Below are positions 50,443 through 61,077 of a stretch of 64,000 bases of DNA, piece after piece. Where the stretch lies: assembly GCA_963708075.1 (NCBI GenBank), contig OY970194.1, positions 5,632,001 through 5,696,000 on the forward strand, read 5' to 3'. The DNA is from Sedimentisphaerales bacterium (GTDB lineage: Bacteria; Planctomycetota; Phycisphaerae; Sedimentisphaerales; Anaerobacaceae). Both the position numbers and the translations under genes were made by a program. Each line of letters begins with the position of its first letter. Within the stretch, counting starts at the first letter, position 1. Under the pieces are notes generated by a model that was not told the origin of the DNA, made no database searches, and worked only from the letters and a program-made list of their open reading frames with translations.

Positions 50443-53358
50443 ATGGTGGAGCAACTGAATCAGATCGCCCGCCTGTGGTGGGATTGGTCGGTGGCCATGT
50501 TCTGGCAGGCCGGCCTGCTGATCATCCTCATTGGATGCGTCGATCTGCTCATTCGCCGGTGGGCATGGCCGCAGTTGCGATATGCGCTGTGGTCGCTCAT
50601 TCTGGTCAAGTTGCTCCTGCCGCCCACCCTGTCTCTGCCGAGCGGCATCGTTCCGGAGCTTCGGCCGGTGGTCAGTCAGGCGTTTCGCCTGGTGAACAAC
50701 GACAAACCGGCGGCCGCAGAGAGCAATGCGGCGATTTCGGATTTCGGATTGCAGATTGCGGATTTGACTCGTGATTCTGATGTGCAATACGAAATCGTGA
50801 ATCTGCAATCGGCAGGCGCGGGGATTTCAGATGACAGATCTGAAATCTCAGATTCAGGATTCGCCGCTATTCCGCAATCCGCATTCCGCACTCCGCAATT
50901 CGCATGGCAAGTCTATGCCATGCTTACCTGGCTTGCAGGCACCTCGATTCTGGGAATATGGCTGTTTCTCAGGTTGCATTCGCTTTGTAGTCGCCATGGG
51001 TATCAGGCGGCAGCCGCTTCACTGCCGCAATCCTTCTACAATCAGATGGCTGACTGCGCGAATCGCCTGGGGCTGCGGCGTGTTCCCCGGGTCGTGGTGA
51101 CAAAGCGGCTCGCCAGTCCCGCCGTGTTCGGGGCCGTTCGCCCCGTGCTGCTCATGCCGAAAGGCTACTTGAGCAAGCTCTCGCGACGGGACACCGAGCA
51201 CATGCTCCTGCACGAGTTGGCGCACGTCAAGCGGGGCGATCTGGTCATGCACAGCCTCTACATGCTGTTACAGATCGCCTATTGGTACAACCCGCTGCTG
51301 TGGCTCGTGCGCCGGCAGATGCACCATCTGCGCGAGCTGTCCTGCGATGCCACGGTCGCCAACCTGCTTCGGGAGCGGACGACGGCGTATCGTCAGACGC
51401 TCCTGGAGACGGCCCGGCGACTGCTGAGCACCTCGGTCGAGCCGGGCCTCGGCCTGCTCGGCCTGTTTGAAGATTCGAACCGTTTACTAGTCCGTTTGAA
51501 TTGGCTGACAAAGCCAACCTGGAGGTATAGAACCATGAAACGTGTTACCGTTATCGCCATCGCCGCCCTGATGGTCGCCTGCGTGCTCCCCATGGCGCAG
51601 GGACAGGAGTCGGCTTCGAATGAAATCAGACACCCCGTACAGAATGAAACCATCTCTGTGAGCATAGAAGAGCGCCGCCCGGAGACCCCGGACCCACAGT
51701 CCCGGGAACTCATCGCCCTCCAGAAGCATCTTGACCAGATGATGGTCCAGCAGAAGGAGTTGCAGAATCAACTCCGGGCCCTGGCCGAGAGGCGCCGCGA
51801 AATGTCGCCAAGCCGGGAGGCAGGCCAAGAGTACGACGATCAGGAGCTCGCTGCCCTGCAAGAGCATCTCCATGAGATGACGATCCAGCAGCGGGAACTG
51901 CAGAATCAGCTCCGGGCGCTGGCCCGCGAACGCCGGCCGCTGGCTGAAGGACGCCGTGAAGGACAGCGGGAGCCGGCTGAGGGACGTGGCGGTGGCGCGC
52001 CCCGGCGGGAGCGAGTGGAAGAGGACATCACCGTGACAATCCCGCCGCGGGATGGGCCCGCCGAGGTGGAGGTCCGGCGCGGTGGTGGACGGCCGGGTAG
52101 CCGCGAGGCTCCCGAGGTCCGAGACGAAGCCAGACGCGAGCGAGAAAGGGCTTTGACCGAGGCCTCAAGAGCTCTGGATGAGGTGAAACGGGCCGCCGGG
52201 GAGACTCGCGCCCGGGTGCAACGGAAGTATGCAGACCGGATGGAGGCCTGGGGCTCGGAGATGAAGCAGTGGCAACAGAGCGAGCAGATGCAGCAATGGC
52301 GCCGGGAAATGGAGAATTGGCAAAAGCAGATGCAGGAATGGGCCCACAATCTGGTGCACCGGCAGGGGGACGCGGAAGTCCCTTCACCGGACGCTGCCAG
52401 GCCGGCCCCGGCGCCCCCGATGCCGCCGATGCCTCAAATGCCGAAGATGCCCGCTCCCGTGCCCAGTCCGGCTCCCTTGGAAAAGGATTTGGATCTAGAG
52501 ATGGACATGGGCGACTTGGACATTGCGGTGCAGGTGCCCGAGATCGAGTTGCCTCCCATCGAGGTGCCCCGGATCGAGCCGCCGGTGCCGCCGGTCCCAC
52601 CGGAGATCCCGGCGGAGGCAGAGGGTCTGGAGGAGGCGGTGCATCACGGCGGATTTGGCCCCATTCCGGGGGACAGGTTCCTCGAAGTGGTGAATCACGT
52701 GGGTTCGATCACGGTTCGCAGCGGCGACGCGCCTGAGTATGTGATCCGCGCGACGATCAAAGGAAGAGCGGAAACCCAAGAGCGGGCACGCGAGATCGCG
52801 GAGCGGCTGGCGATCGAGGATACAGGGCCGCAGGATGATGGCGTGGAACGCATTCTCGTGAGCAAGCCTGAGGGCCTGAGGGACCGAGAAAGCTGCGTCG
52901 TCACGATAGAGGTGACCGCCCCTCGCAACGCACGGCTCAAGCTGCGCCAGGAAGTCGGCGACATCCGCCTGGTCGGTCTGCGTGGCTCCGTGGAGGCATT
53001 TGACCGGGTGGGCTCCATCCGGGCCACCGACGTTGCCGGGAAAGTCGCCCTGAACGTCGAGGTCGGCGGCATCGATTTCGCCGCCCCCAGGGACTTGTCA
53101 GCCAAGGTGAAGGCTAAGGCCGAGCTGGGCGGCATTCAGAGCAATCTGCCACTGGAATTTGCGAAAACCGACGGCCTCGCCATGGGCCATAGCGCCTCCG
53201 GCACAATCGGGCAGGGCGATGATAACATCTCTCTGAACACGAAGATGGGCTCGATCCACATCCGCTCGCAAGCCTCCGAGTTGGTGGGGACCGAAGGGCG
53301 CCGGCGCGAGCCTCGACCTGAGCCCAGGCCTGAACCGGAGGGCGAGGAGGTGTTTTGA
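50443..53358 (+). CDS. BlaR1-like M56 peptidase with coiled-coil/Pro-rich linker and C-terminal DUF4097-like beta-repeat domain
   Basis: HELAHVKRGD, YWYNPLLW, RELSCD; duplicated helix ELxALQxHLxxMxxQQxELQNQLRALA; VGDIRL/VGSIRA/VGGIDF repeats. Confidence 0.88.
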   Translation: MVEQLNQIARLWWDWSVAMFWQAGLLIILIGCVDLLIRRWAWPQLRYALWSLILVKLLLPPTLSLPSGIVPELRPVVSQAFRLVNNDKPAAAESNAAISDFGLQIADLTRDSDVQYEIVNLQSAGAGISDDRSEISDSGFAAIPQSAFRTPQFAWQVYAMLTWLAGTSILGIWLFLRLHSLCSRHGYQAAAASLPQSFYNQMADCANRLGLRRVPRVVVTKRLASPAVFGAVRPVLLMPKGYLSKLSRRDTEHMLLHELAHVKRGDLVMHSLYMLLQIAYWYNPLLWLVRRQMHHLRELSCDATVANLLRERTTAYRQTLLETARRLLSTSVEPGLGLLGLFEDSNRLLVRLNWLTKPTWRYRTMKRVTVIAIAALMVACVLPMAQGQESASNEIRHPVQNETISVSIEERRPETPDPQSRELIALQKHLDQMMVQQKELQNQLRALAERRREMSPSREAGQEYDDQELAALQEHLHEMTIQQRELQNQLRALARERRPLAEGRREGQREPAEGRGGGAPRRERVEEDITVTIPPRDGPAEVEVRRGGGRPGSREAPEVRDEARRERERALTEASRALDEVKRAAGETRARVQRKYADRMEAWGSEMKQWQQSEQMQQWRREMENWQKQMQEWAHNLVHRQGDAEVPSPDAARPAPAPPMPPMPQMPKMPAPVPSPAPLEKDLDLEMDMGDLDIAVQVPEIELPPIEVPRIEPPVPPVPPEIPAEAEGLEEAVHHGGFGPIPGDRFLEVVNHVGSITVRSGDAPEYVIRATIKGRAETQERAREIAERLAIEDTGPQDDGVERILVSKPEGLRDRESCVVTIEVTAPRNARLKLRQEVGDIRLVGLRGSVEAFDRVGSIRATDVAGKVALNVEVGGIDFAAPRDLSAKVKAKAELGGIQSNLPLEFAKTDGLAMGHSASGTIGQGDDNISLNTKMGSIHIRSQASELVGTEGRRREPRPEPRPEPEGEEVF
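50733..50904. repeat. Inverted heptamer repeat clusters (GATTKCG / CCGCAAT) embedded in-frame in the M56 gene
   Basis: gatttcggatttcggattgcagattgcggattt ... attccgcaatccgcattccgcactccgcaatt. Confidence 0.7.
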
Positions 53359-53412
53359 TAGATGATCCGCTCGCCGACTGGGCGGGCTTCCATATGAGGC
53401 AAATTGCAGGAG

Positions 53413-53439
53413 AAGGCCGGGACAGTTACCCGGCCTTTT
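53413..53439. terminator. Hairpin terminator between convergent genes
   Basis: aaggccggg-acagtta-cccggcctttt. Confidence 0.6.
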
Positions 53440-53478
53440 CCATTGTGTCTCACAGACTGGCGGTCTCCAGGTGTCCCG

Positions 53479-54540
53479 TCAGCGCTTGTCGAAGTAGTGT
53501 AAATCCCACTGGTCGAGCCAGGGGATTGTGACAGTGTTGTCAGGGCCGATCGTGAGGGGCAGCCAGATGTAGCGGGAATCGGAGAGTCTTCGCGGCATCC
53601 AGCGGTCGGCCATGAAGATGAAACGGCCCGGCTTGCCTGATATCGGCAGCACGCACGTGCTCTGTGAACGGAAGGTGAGTTCCGCCTCGGGACCGGCGCA
53701 TGGATTGCCTTTCGATTCCCATGGACCGAGGATGTTGTCGGCCACAGCGTACTCGGCGGCGTTGGGGTTCCAGCCCGTGCAGCCCGACGTGACCATGTAA
53801 TAGCGGCTCCCGTATTTGAATGGGGCGGGGGCCTCCCGCATTCTGCGGACGAGGATTCGCGCCCAGGTCTTGTCCTGCACCATGGGAGTCTCGGGGCCTG
53901 TGTAGTCGTCATTCAGCCGCACGACGTACATGGTCCAGTTACCCTCAGAGGCGTAGAACGCGTAGGCCTTGCCGTCGTCGTCCACGAACAGGTTCATGTC
54001 GCGGTAAGTTCCGCCGAATTCCTTCTGGCGGTCGGGGTCGTCGTCCTTGGCGCCGAAGTCGAATTGGACGGGTCGCGCGTGATGCAGGAAGGTGAACGGT
54101 CCGGCCGGCTGATCGCTTACGGCGACGCCCGCCTGTGCAAAATGGTATCCTCGCTGCTCCAGATGCATCCACATGACGTACTTGCCGGTCTTGGCGTTAA
54201 AAATGACCTTGGGCCGCTCAAAGAAGGAGGTGTCGCGGATGTCCGCCGGGAGCGCATCATGCGAGAATACGACGCCTTCATGCTTCCAGGTGTACAAGTC
54301 TGTGGAACTGTAACAGGAGACGCCAGTCTGGCGGTTCGTGCGGTCCTCGCCATACCAGTAATAGGTATTGCCTCGAACGAGGACGCCGCCTCCGTGAGCT
54401 TGGATCGACTTGCCATTGGTGTCGAGCCAGACTTCCCCCGGGACAAACTGCCTGTTCTTGCTCTCCTGCTGTACAGATTCCTGAGCCCACAGAGAGTGGC
54501 AGATCGCAGCCACAAACGCCAGAGAGATGATCCGTTTCAC
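53479..54540 (-). CDS. Glycoside hydrolase family 43 (GH43_24-like, exo-beta-1,3-galactanase-like)
   Basis: Signal peptide; IQAHGGG, YYWYGE, ERPKVI, RDMNLFVDDDG, REAPA, SQST. Confidence 0.85.
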   Translation of the reverse strand: MKRIISLAFVAAICHSLWAQESVQQESKNRQFVPGEVWLDTNGKSIQAHGGGVLVRGNTYYWYGEDRTNRQTGVSCYSSTDLYTWKHEGVVFSHDALPADIRDTSFFERPKVIFNAKTGKYVMWMHLEQRGYHFAQAGVAVSDQPAGPFTFLHHARPVQFDFGAKDDDPDRQKEFGGTYRDMNLFVDDDGKAYAFYASEGNWTMYVVRLNDDYTGPETPMVQDKTWARILVRRMREAPAPFKYGSRYYMVTSGCTGWNPNAAEYAVADNILGPWESKGNPCAGPEAELTFRSQSTCVLPISGKPGRFIFMADRWMPRRLSDSRYIWLPLTIGPDNTVTIPWLDQWDLHYFDKR

Positions 54541-54706
54541 GTCCTTACCCTTCCAATGACTACGATTCTGACATACAAGATCGTGAGCGATTCTACCCAT
54601 CCTGATGGGCGGACTTACACACAAAAAAAGCGGATTGGTATACGAAAGCGCATGCCCGCGTTGTTATATATGCGGCAATCGATTGTTTTGTGAGAGCGGC
54701 CGTTCG

Positions 54707-55252
54707 ATGCTGGAAGACACAGTACTTGTGCTGAGATTCAATCGCGGTGATCTACGCGTCCTTCACCGCATCTACGATAAGTATAAGGACGATCTGGTGA
54801 CCCTGGCGGCGGCGCTGTTGATGGACATAAGCTCGGCCCAGGACGTTGTGCACGATGTGTTCATCTCGTTCCTCGATTCCGCCGGGCGGTTCAGGCTGAC
54901 AGGCAGCTTGAGGGGTTACCTGGCGACCTGCGTCGCGAATCGGGCCCGCAACCTGAACAAGGCCGCCCGACGGCATCATGGGTCCGCATTGGAGGATGTC
55001 GCGGACCCGGCCTGTGATTCTCCGCCGCCGGAACAGAGGGCGATCTTTGGCGAGGAGTTGAGCCGCTTGAGCCGGGCTTTGCTGCAACTGCCGTACGAGC
55101 AGCGCGAGGTCCTGCTCCTACGCTCGCATAGCGGCATGCGGTTCGCCGCGATTGCCAAAGCTCAGGGCGTTTCGATCAACACCGTGCAGGGCCGCTATCG
55201 GTATGCCATGGACAAATTGCGATCCCTGCTCAATCCCGAGGCGAACGAATGA
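54707..55252 (+). CDS. ECF sigma factor
   Basis: MLED...AQDVVHDVF, YLATCVAN, LPYEQREV, TVQGRYRY. Confidence 0.92.
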   Translation: MLEDTVLVLRFNRGDLRVLHRIYDKYKDDLVTLAAALLMDISSAQDVVHDVFISFLDSAGRFRLTGSLRGYLATCVANRARNLNKAARRHHGSALEDVADPACDSPPPEQRAIFGEELSRLSRALLQLPYEQREVLLLRSHSGMRFAAIAKAQGVSINTVQGRYRYAMDKLRSLLNPEANE

Positions 55253-56094
55253 GATCAGCACACGACATTGACAATCGCATCAGGCAGCTACACCTGAGGG
55301 CCAGCGATGCTCTCGATGCCCGTGTTCATGCCGGCATCGACAGGGCACTGGCCGACAAAGAGAAAAACACGCATCCTGTGATAGGGAGAACGATTATGGC
55401 TCATCCAATCATGAAGTTGGCGGCAGTGGCGGCGGTGGTCATTGCCGGGCTGTTCGGCCTGAATATCATCAGTATGCCGCACGGCGGCGTGGCCTGGGCG
55501 GCGATACCCGGCCACATCGGCGAGATCGACACCCTCATGTTCCGTCTGACCATCGGCGTCGGCGGAGACGATACGGCCAAGACTATACCTACAGGCCAAT
55601 GGACCTTCTACCTGTCAGAGCGCCACGGCTTTCGCATGGACATCGGCGCCGGCGAGGGGGCTGTCGCCTCGTGGTACGTCGCCCCCGGATCAGACACGCT
55701 GGTCACCGTGATTCCCGGCGAGAAGAAGTGGTCGAAGCGCCTGCTCTCGCCGGAGGAGCGAGCCAAAGCGCTCGAGGAATACGAAGACCCGGCAGACTAC
55801 ATCAATCGTTTTCTGGCTCATGGGTACACAGAGCTTGGCCGGTCGGTGATCGACGGCATTGAAGTCGAGGGAATCGAGGTGACTGACCCGCCCACGGATG
55901 GCGAGAAGCTCCAGAACGCCGTAGGCAGATTGTGGGTGGATGTCAGAACGGAACTGCCCATCCGAATCGAAATTGAAGGTATGGCCGGCGGTCAGGCGGT
56001 TCAACGGCTCATGGAATTCAAGTGGGCAGAGGCCGTGGACCCCGCCGCCTTCGAGCCCAATATCCCCAGCGATTACACGCCGTTGGGCGAGTGA
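55249..56094 (+). CDS. Putative membrane anti-sigma factor with LolA-like periplasmic domain
   Basis: Coupled to ECF; short N-terminal helical domain, TM KLAAVAAVV, RLWVDVRTELPIRIE, FEPNIPSDY. Confidence 0.75.
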   Translation: MRSAHDIDNRIRQLHLRASDALDARVHAGIDRALADKEKNTHPVIGRTIMAHPIMKLAAVAAVVIAGLFGLNIISMPHGGVAWAAIPGHIGEIDTLMFRLTIGVGGDDTAKTIPTGQWTFYLSERHGFRMDIGAGEGAVASWYVAPGSDTLVTVIPGEKKWSKRLLSPEERAKALEEYEDPADYINRFLAHGYTELGRSVIDGIEVEGIEVTDPPTDGEKLQNAVGRLWVDVRTELPIRIEIEGMAGGQAVQRLMEFKWAEAVDPAAFEPNIPSDYTPLGE

Positions 56095-56126
56095 GCTATT
56101 GCTCAAAGCACAGATGTTTGAACTCC

Positions 56127-56219
56127 GGGTGGCAGCGGCAAGCGGAGCGCAGTGGAGCTTGCCGATGGTGTTACGCATCTCAGGAGCCATCGGCAAGCTC
56201 GCGCTTGCCGCTGCCACCC
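56127..56219. repeat. REPIN (family A)
   Basis: gggtggcagcggcaagc...gcttgccgatgg ... ccatcggcaagctcgcgcttgccgctgccaccc. Confidence 0.85.
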
Positions 56220-56366
56220 GGCACAGTGCCCTAAAATCTGCCCAGACACCGCCCACTCGTCAGGCACTATATTCATCGAAGAGATCCTCTCCGTAAGGTA
56301 AAATCACCTCAACCAACGTCATACTGGTGACAATCGGTTGTCAAGCAATGCTTGGGCGGATCGCGG

Positions 56367-56912
56367 ATGCTCGAAGACAGAAGACTCCTGTGGCGGCTGA
56401 AGCGCGGCGACAAGGACGCGCTGCGGCTGATCTATGAACAGCACGAGGGCGGTCTGTTGACTCTGGCTGCCAACCTCCTGCACGATCCTGCGACCGCGGA
56501 GGACGTGGTTCAGGATGTGTTTATCGCCCTGGTGCGTTCTGTGCCCCGGCTGCAGCTTCGCCGCACGCTCCGGGCCTATCTGGCCACCGCGGTGGCCAAC
56601 CGCGTGCGGGATTGCTATCGCAAGAGGTCCCGGGAACGGCTGGTCCCCATCGAGGACGCCGGCCGGGTCGCCGCGGGCTCCGACGGGCCGGTGCAGATGG
56701 TAATCGACGACGAGCAGATGCGAAAGCTCAGATCGGCCCTGGAGGAACTGCCCTACGAGCAGCGCGAGGTCATCATGCTCCGCATGCACGCGGACATGAA
56801 GTTCAGAGAGATCGCAGAACACCAGAATGTGACAGTCAAGACCGCTCTGAGCCGGTACCAGTACGGATTGAACAAACTCCGTTCGATTCTGAACGGCGAG
56901 GTGTCAAAATGA
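56367..56912 (+). CDS. ECF sigma factor (paralog of 54707)
   Basis: MLED...AEDVVQDVF, YLATAVAN, LPYEQREV. Confidence 0.92.
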   Translation: MLEDRRLLWRLKRGDKDALRLIYEQHEGGLLTLAANLLHDPATAEDVVQDVFIALVRSVPRLQLRRTLRAYLATAVANRVRDCYRKRSRERLVPIEDAGRVAAGSDGPVQMVIDDEQMRKLRSALEELPYEQREVIMLRMHADMKFREIAEHQNVTVKTALSRYQYGLNKLRSILNGEVSK

Positions 56913-58492
56913 CCGTGAACGATCCTTTGGAAAACATGCTTCGGAAGTTGCGTTACCAGGCCGCCGCCGAGCGACGGCAGGAAACGCTTTCGAACATCTC
57001 CGATGTGATGGATGAGTTTCAGGAACAAGTCCCGACGGCAGGTCGGCCGCAGATATGGAGACTGACCGTGAACACCCGAGTCGGAAGGCTGGCCCTGGCG
57101 GCGGCTGTGATTCTGACCGTGCTGGGCGGCGTCACCTTCTGGCCTGGGGGCAGCGACACCAGCGGCAAATGGTGGCTTGGCTCACGCGCGGCGTGGGGCC
57201 AGGAACTGCTCAATTCCCTGGAGAAGATCGATGCCGTGATCTACCGCCAGCGGGTTGGCCGCGTCAGCGATTTCGGCTTGCCGGAGATGAGCCGTGGCTG
57301 GGAGCGGCGCTACAACGCAAAGGATCGGTACCGTCGGGACCGCTACGACGACGGGGTGAACATCATGAACACCCAATGGGTTTTCCCCGATGGAAACGAT
57401 CTGCGGATGGTCGAAGTCTCGTACGAGTACGAGTGCTACTTCGAACGGAAGAACGAGGCCTACGGCTTTATCGAGGATTTCACCGAGAGGATGCGATCCT
57501 ACGTCCGGCTTCTCGACAAGGCAGATCGCATTCTCGACACGCAAGTATTCAACGGCCGGGAATGCATCGGCTTTGAGATCAGCACCGCCAAGTATGGCAA
57601 TAATCCACAGGGCCCATTCGACCGCATCTGGTTCGATGTGGAAACGAGGCTCCCCGCGAGGATCGAGAGGCACCGCCCGGATTCCGGCTTCGACGCGCAC
57701 GTGGATTTCGGCTTCGATGCGGCGGAGACGATGATCATTATTCACGATCAATTCCAGTATCTCGCGAAGGTGCCTATGGATCTGTTCATACCGGCAATTC
57801 CCGCCGGCTATGTCAACGCCTTTCCGGACGATATCCGCACGGCAAGAGACAAAGAGAAGAAGGGCGAGATGATCGTTGCCCAGGTGCCCGAGGGCCTCCA
57901 AGAGCGGATCGTCGCCGCCTTGACAGCCGTGGACACCGGGGCCTATACCGAAGGGGACGCGCGTATCTGTTTCACGAAGAACGCCTGGCGTAACGATCGT
58001 CCTTATGGGGGCGAGACTCAGTATACCCTGTGGTATGTTCTGAAAGGGGCATTGCCTGAGGGACCGTTCGAGCTCACCGACGGCCTCGGCGTGACAGAAA
58101 CCCTGGTGGATTTCACAGAGAAGACGTATCGGATCACCGATCACACGGGGCAGCAGCCGCCCCGTCATCCCATGACTCATATCTTCTTCCGCGCGGGCCT
58201 CATCGACAGGGCGGATCGATTCTACGAGTCTGCGGAGATCGATGGCATCAAATGCTTCGGCTTCGACGTCAGCGCCAAGAAGTACGGCAACAACCCGGAT
58301 GGCGCATTCCATCGTGTCTGGTTCGATGCGGCGACGCATCTGCCCGTGCGGATGGAGACTCATTGGCCGGACGGCGACGGCACCGGCGTGAGCACCACTG
58401 TCCAGGAGCACTTTGACTGGGACCCCGAGCTGCCTGAGGGTTTCTTCACTGCCCAGGTTCCGGCGGGATTCACCTTAGACGCAAAGGAGTAA
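56909..58492 (+). CDS. Putative membrane anti-sigma factor with two tandem LolA-like domains
   Basis: TM RLALAAAVIL; duplicated GFxxSxxKYGNNPxG..xRxWFDxxTxLPxRxE and FxxxxPAGY/F. Confidence 0.75.
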   Translation: MTVNDPLENMLRKLRYQAAAERRQETLSNISDVMDEFQEQVPTAGRPQIWRLTVNTRVGRLALAAAVILTVLGGVTFWPGGSDTSGKWWLGSRAAWGQELLNSLEKIDAVIYRQRVGRVSDFGLPEMSRGWERRYNAKDRYRRDRYDDGVNIMNTQWVFPDGNDLRMVEVSYEYECYFERKNEAYGFIEDFTERMRSYVRLLDKADRILDTQVFNGRECIGFEISTAKYGNNPQGPFDRIWFDVETRLPARIERHRPDSGFDAHVDFGFDAAETMIIIHDQFQYLAKVPMDLFIPAIPAGYVNAFPDDIRTARDKEKKGEMIVAQVPEGLQERIVAALTAVDTGAYTEGDARICFTKNAWRNDRPYGGETQYTLWYVLKGALPEGPFELTDGLGVTETLVDFTEKTYRITDHTGQQPPRHPMTHIFFRAGLIDRADRFYESAEIDGIKCFGFDVSAKKYGNNPDGAFHRVWFDAATHLPVRMETHWPDGDGTGVSTTVQEHFDWDPELPEGFFTAQVPAGFTLDAKE

Positions 58493-58496
58493 TCTC

Positions 58497-60396
58497 ATGT
58501 ACCGCTACTTGACGAGCATTCTCATCATCACGTGTGGATTGTGCTGTGGCAGCCCTGTAAGCGGGGCGGCCTCGAATGCGGGTCCCCAGCCGGCCTGTGT
58601 CGATTCCGACTCGGATGGGTTGGAGGATTCCTTCGAGGCGAAGCTGGGGACTGATCCCGCACGCCCCGACTCCGACGGCGATGGATTCTGCGACTACGAC
58701 GAACACTGCAAGTACCGGACGGACCCGACGCAGAAGGACACCGACGGCGACGGCACGCCGGACGCGGATTGGGGAGAACGCAGGGAGTATGCCTACACCA
58801 TACGGGCTATCTGCGAGATCAGGCCGCCGAACACCGTGGAGGGGATGAATGACCTTTATCAGGATGTCCGTCCGGCAGGCAGACAGGCCCGGCTGGAGGA
58901 CGGCACCGTCGTGGAAATCCTGCTCTTTCCCTTCTCCTCGCCGTACGTGTTTGCACAGCCCTATCCCCGTACCGCGATTCCTGAATCTCTGCAGAAGTAC
59001 GTCGAGCGCGACCTGAGCATGAACTTCTCGGATGAGATGCAGAAGGAAATCAAGGAAAAGATCGTGCGCGGTGCGACGACAGATGTCGAGGCCACCGAGA
59101 AGATTCTTGCCTGGATGGCCGGCGGAGACCAGCCTGGCGAACCGTCTTCCTGAGTTTGCCTTTTTCAACGTGGTGGACAACAAGATCGTCTGGCGGCAAT
59201 CGTTGGGCAGTCCGCAGCAGGATGAGCAGCTTTTACAGACGAATTTCTTCGGGGACTCGATGTTCAAAAGCCGCCTGCACGGGACCTGCAGCTCGACGGC
59301 TACCTTGCGGGCGACCATGCTGCGCGCCGCCGGCATCCCGACGCGCCTGATTCAGAACCTGCCCCTGATCAACCGGTACGAGAGAGATCCCGAACCTCTC
59401 TTGGAGGCGCTCCGCATGAGGGTCATGGCGGGAGGGTACGACTGGGGACAGGGTGGCGGGGGCGCCAACCACGTCTACAACGAGGTATTTCTGAACAATC
59501 GGTGGATTCGCGTGGACAACGTGATCAACCCCGGGCCATTCGTGGGCGATAAGCTGTTTGTCAGGGTCTACTCGCTGGCAAGCTGGAATGACCGCGCCGA
59601 CTGGCGTACGCCGAGACCACAGGAAGAGGGCTGGAATGAGAATCGCGACCTCAGGACACTCGAAGTCTCAGACGCGTACCCGAAATACCCATCCTCTGCC
59701 GCGCTCGCCATCGACATGGCGGTGGAGGATGCGAGTCTTAGCGTAAAGGCGAACGCCGACGGGAGCTTCACCGCGACGATCCGCATCCGCAACAAGGGGG
59801 CCGCGCCGAGCACCGAGTTCGGAGTCCACTTCTTCGCGGGCGATCCTCAGAAGGGGGGAAGACTCTTGGCCACCCACAGTTCCGGACCGATCATGCCGGG
59901 AGGGACCTGGGGTGAGTATAACCCTGAACTTCGCCTGAAGCCCGACGAGGATACGATTGTCGTGATCATCGACCCGGAGGACAGAGTCAAGGAATTAGAC
60001 GAGTCGAACAACAAAGCGTCACACAGGATCGAGGGACGCCTGCCCAAGGAGTCTTCCGCTGCTCAGAAAGCTGGGCCCGCTCGCCAACGCCATTTCGTGA
60101 CCATCGTCCTCGGCGAGGACAAGATGACGTTCCAGGGGCAGGAGGTGACTTGGGAGCAGTTGCCCGCGCTGCTCGAACAGGTGCCGGATCGTCCGCAGAC
60201 TGTTTTGCAGCTCGCCGTGACGTCACGAGACATTGAAAACCGTCAGGACTGGAAGGACACGATCGACCGTTTGGGCACCTTACATTCCAAGTACGGCTTC
60301 GAATACGATAGCTTGATTGGTGTGCATCCCCTGGGCACGAAAGGTGGGCCATCGCAGCTCTTGTCCTCCGAGGGATCTGCTGAGGCGCAACCATAA
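58497..60396 (+). CDS. Secreted transglutaminase-like protein with Ca-binding DxDxDG repeats, CARDB and ExbD-like tail; frameshift near 59125
   Basis: DSDSDG/DSDGDG/DTDGDG; GTCSSTA...RAAGIPTR...NHVYNEV...WIRVD triad; IDPEDRVKELDESNN. Confidence 0.75.
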
Positions 60397-60457
60397 CTCC
60401 GGGCTGGGTCTTTTCCGTTGCCGTTCCAAGCCCGAGCCGCTACCTTGTCCCGACAGC

Positions 60458-60967
60458 ATGGACATCAGGGACAAGAACATCGTGTTGATCGGTATGCCGG
60501 GCGTGGGCAAGAGCACCGTGGGTGTGCTGCTGGCCAAGGCCCTCGGCCGGTACTTTCTCGATACCGACGTCTTCATCCAGGCAATTCAGGGCCGGTTCCT
60601 GCAGGAGATCATCGACAGCGATGGCCTGGCCGCCTTTTGCAGGATCGAAGAGGATTATGTCCTTTGCACCGACCTGACGAACGCCGTCATCGCCACCGGC
60701 GGCAGCGTCGTCTATAGTGAGAAGGCGATGCAGCACCTGTCCGCCCACGGCGTCATCGTCCATCTCGACCTGCCCGTAGACAAAATCGAGCAGCGCATCC
60801 GCAACCTCCCCACCCGTGGCGTGGTCATGGAGAAGGGCCAGACCATCCGCTCCCTCTACGACCAGCGCCAGCCCCTCTACCGCCACTACGCCCAAGTCAC
60901 CATCGACTGCACCGGCAGGAATCACGAGCAGATCGTCTCGGAGATCATCGGAAAGCTCGCTGATTAG
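60458..60967 (+). CDS. aroK: Shikimate kinase
   Basis: NIVLIGMPGVGKST, FLDTD, IATGGS, RQPLY. Confidence 0.93.
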   Translation: MDIRDKNIVLIGMPGVGKSTVGVLLAKALGRYFLDTDVFIQAIQGRFLQEIIDSDGLAAFCRIEEDYVLCTDLTNAVIATGGSVVYSEKAMQHLSAHGVIVHLDLPVDKIEQRIRNLPTRGVVMEKGQTIRSLYDQRQPLYRHYAQVTIDCTGRNHEQIVSEIIGKLAD

Positions 60968-61077
60968 AATCCCCGCCTTCTTCTGACGGCACCGGATTTT
61001 TCGCGCCTACTTTTTCCGCTGAAGCCCGACAATAGAGTGACGACAGGACAATATGGCCTCAGTCAGGAGAACAGACA

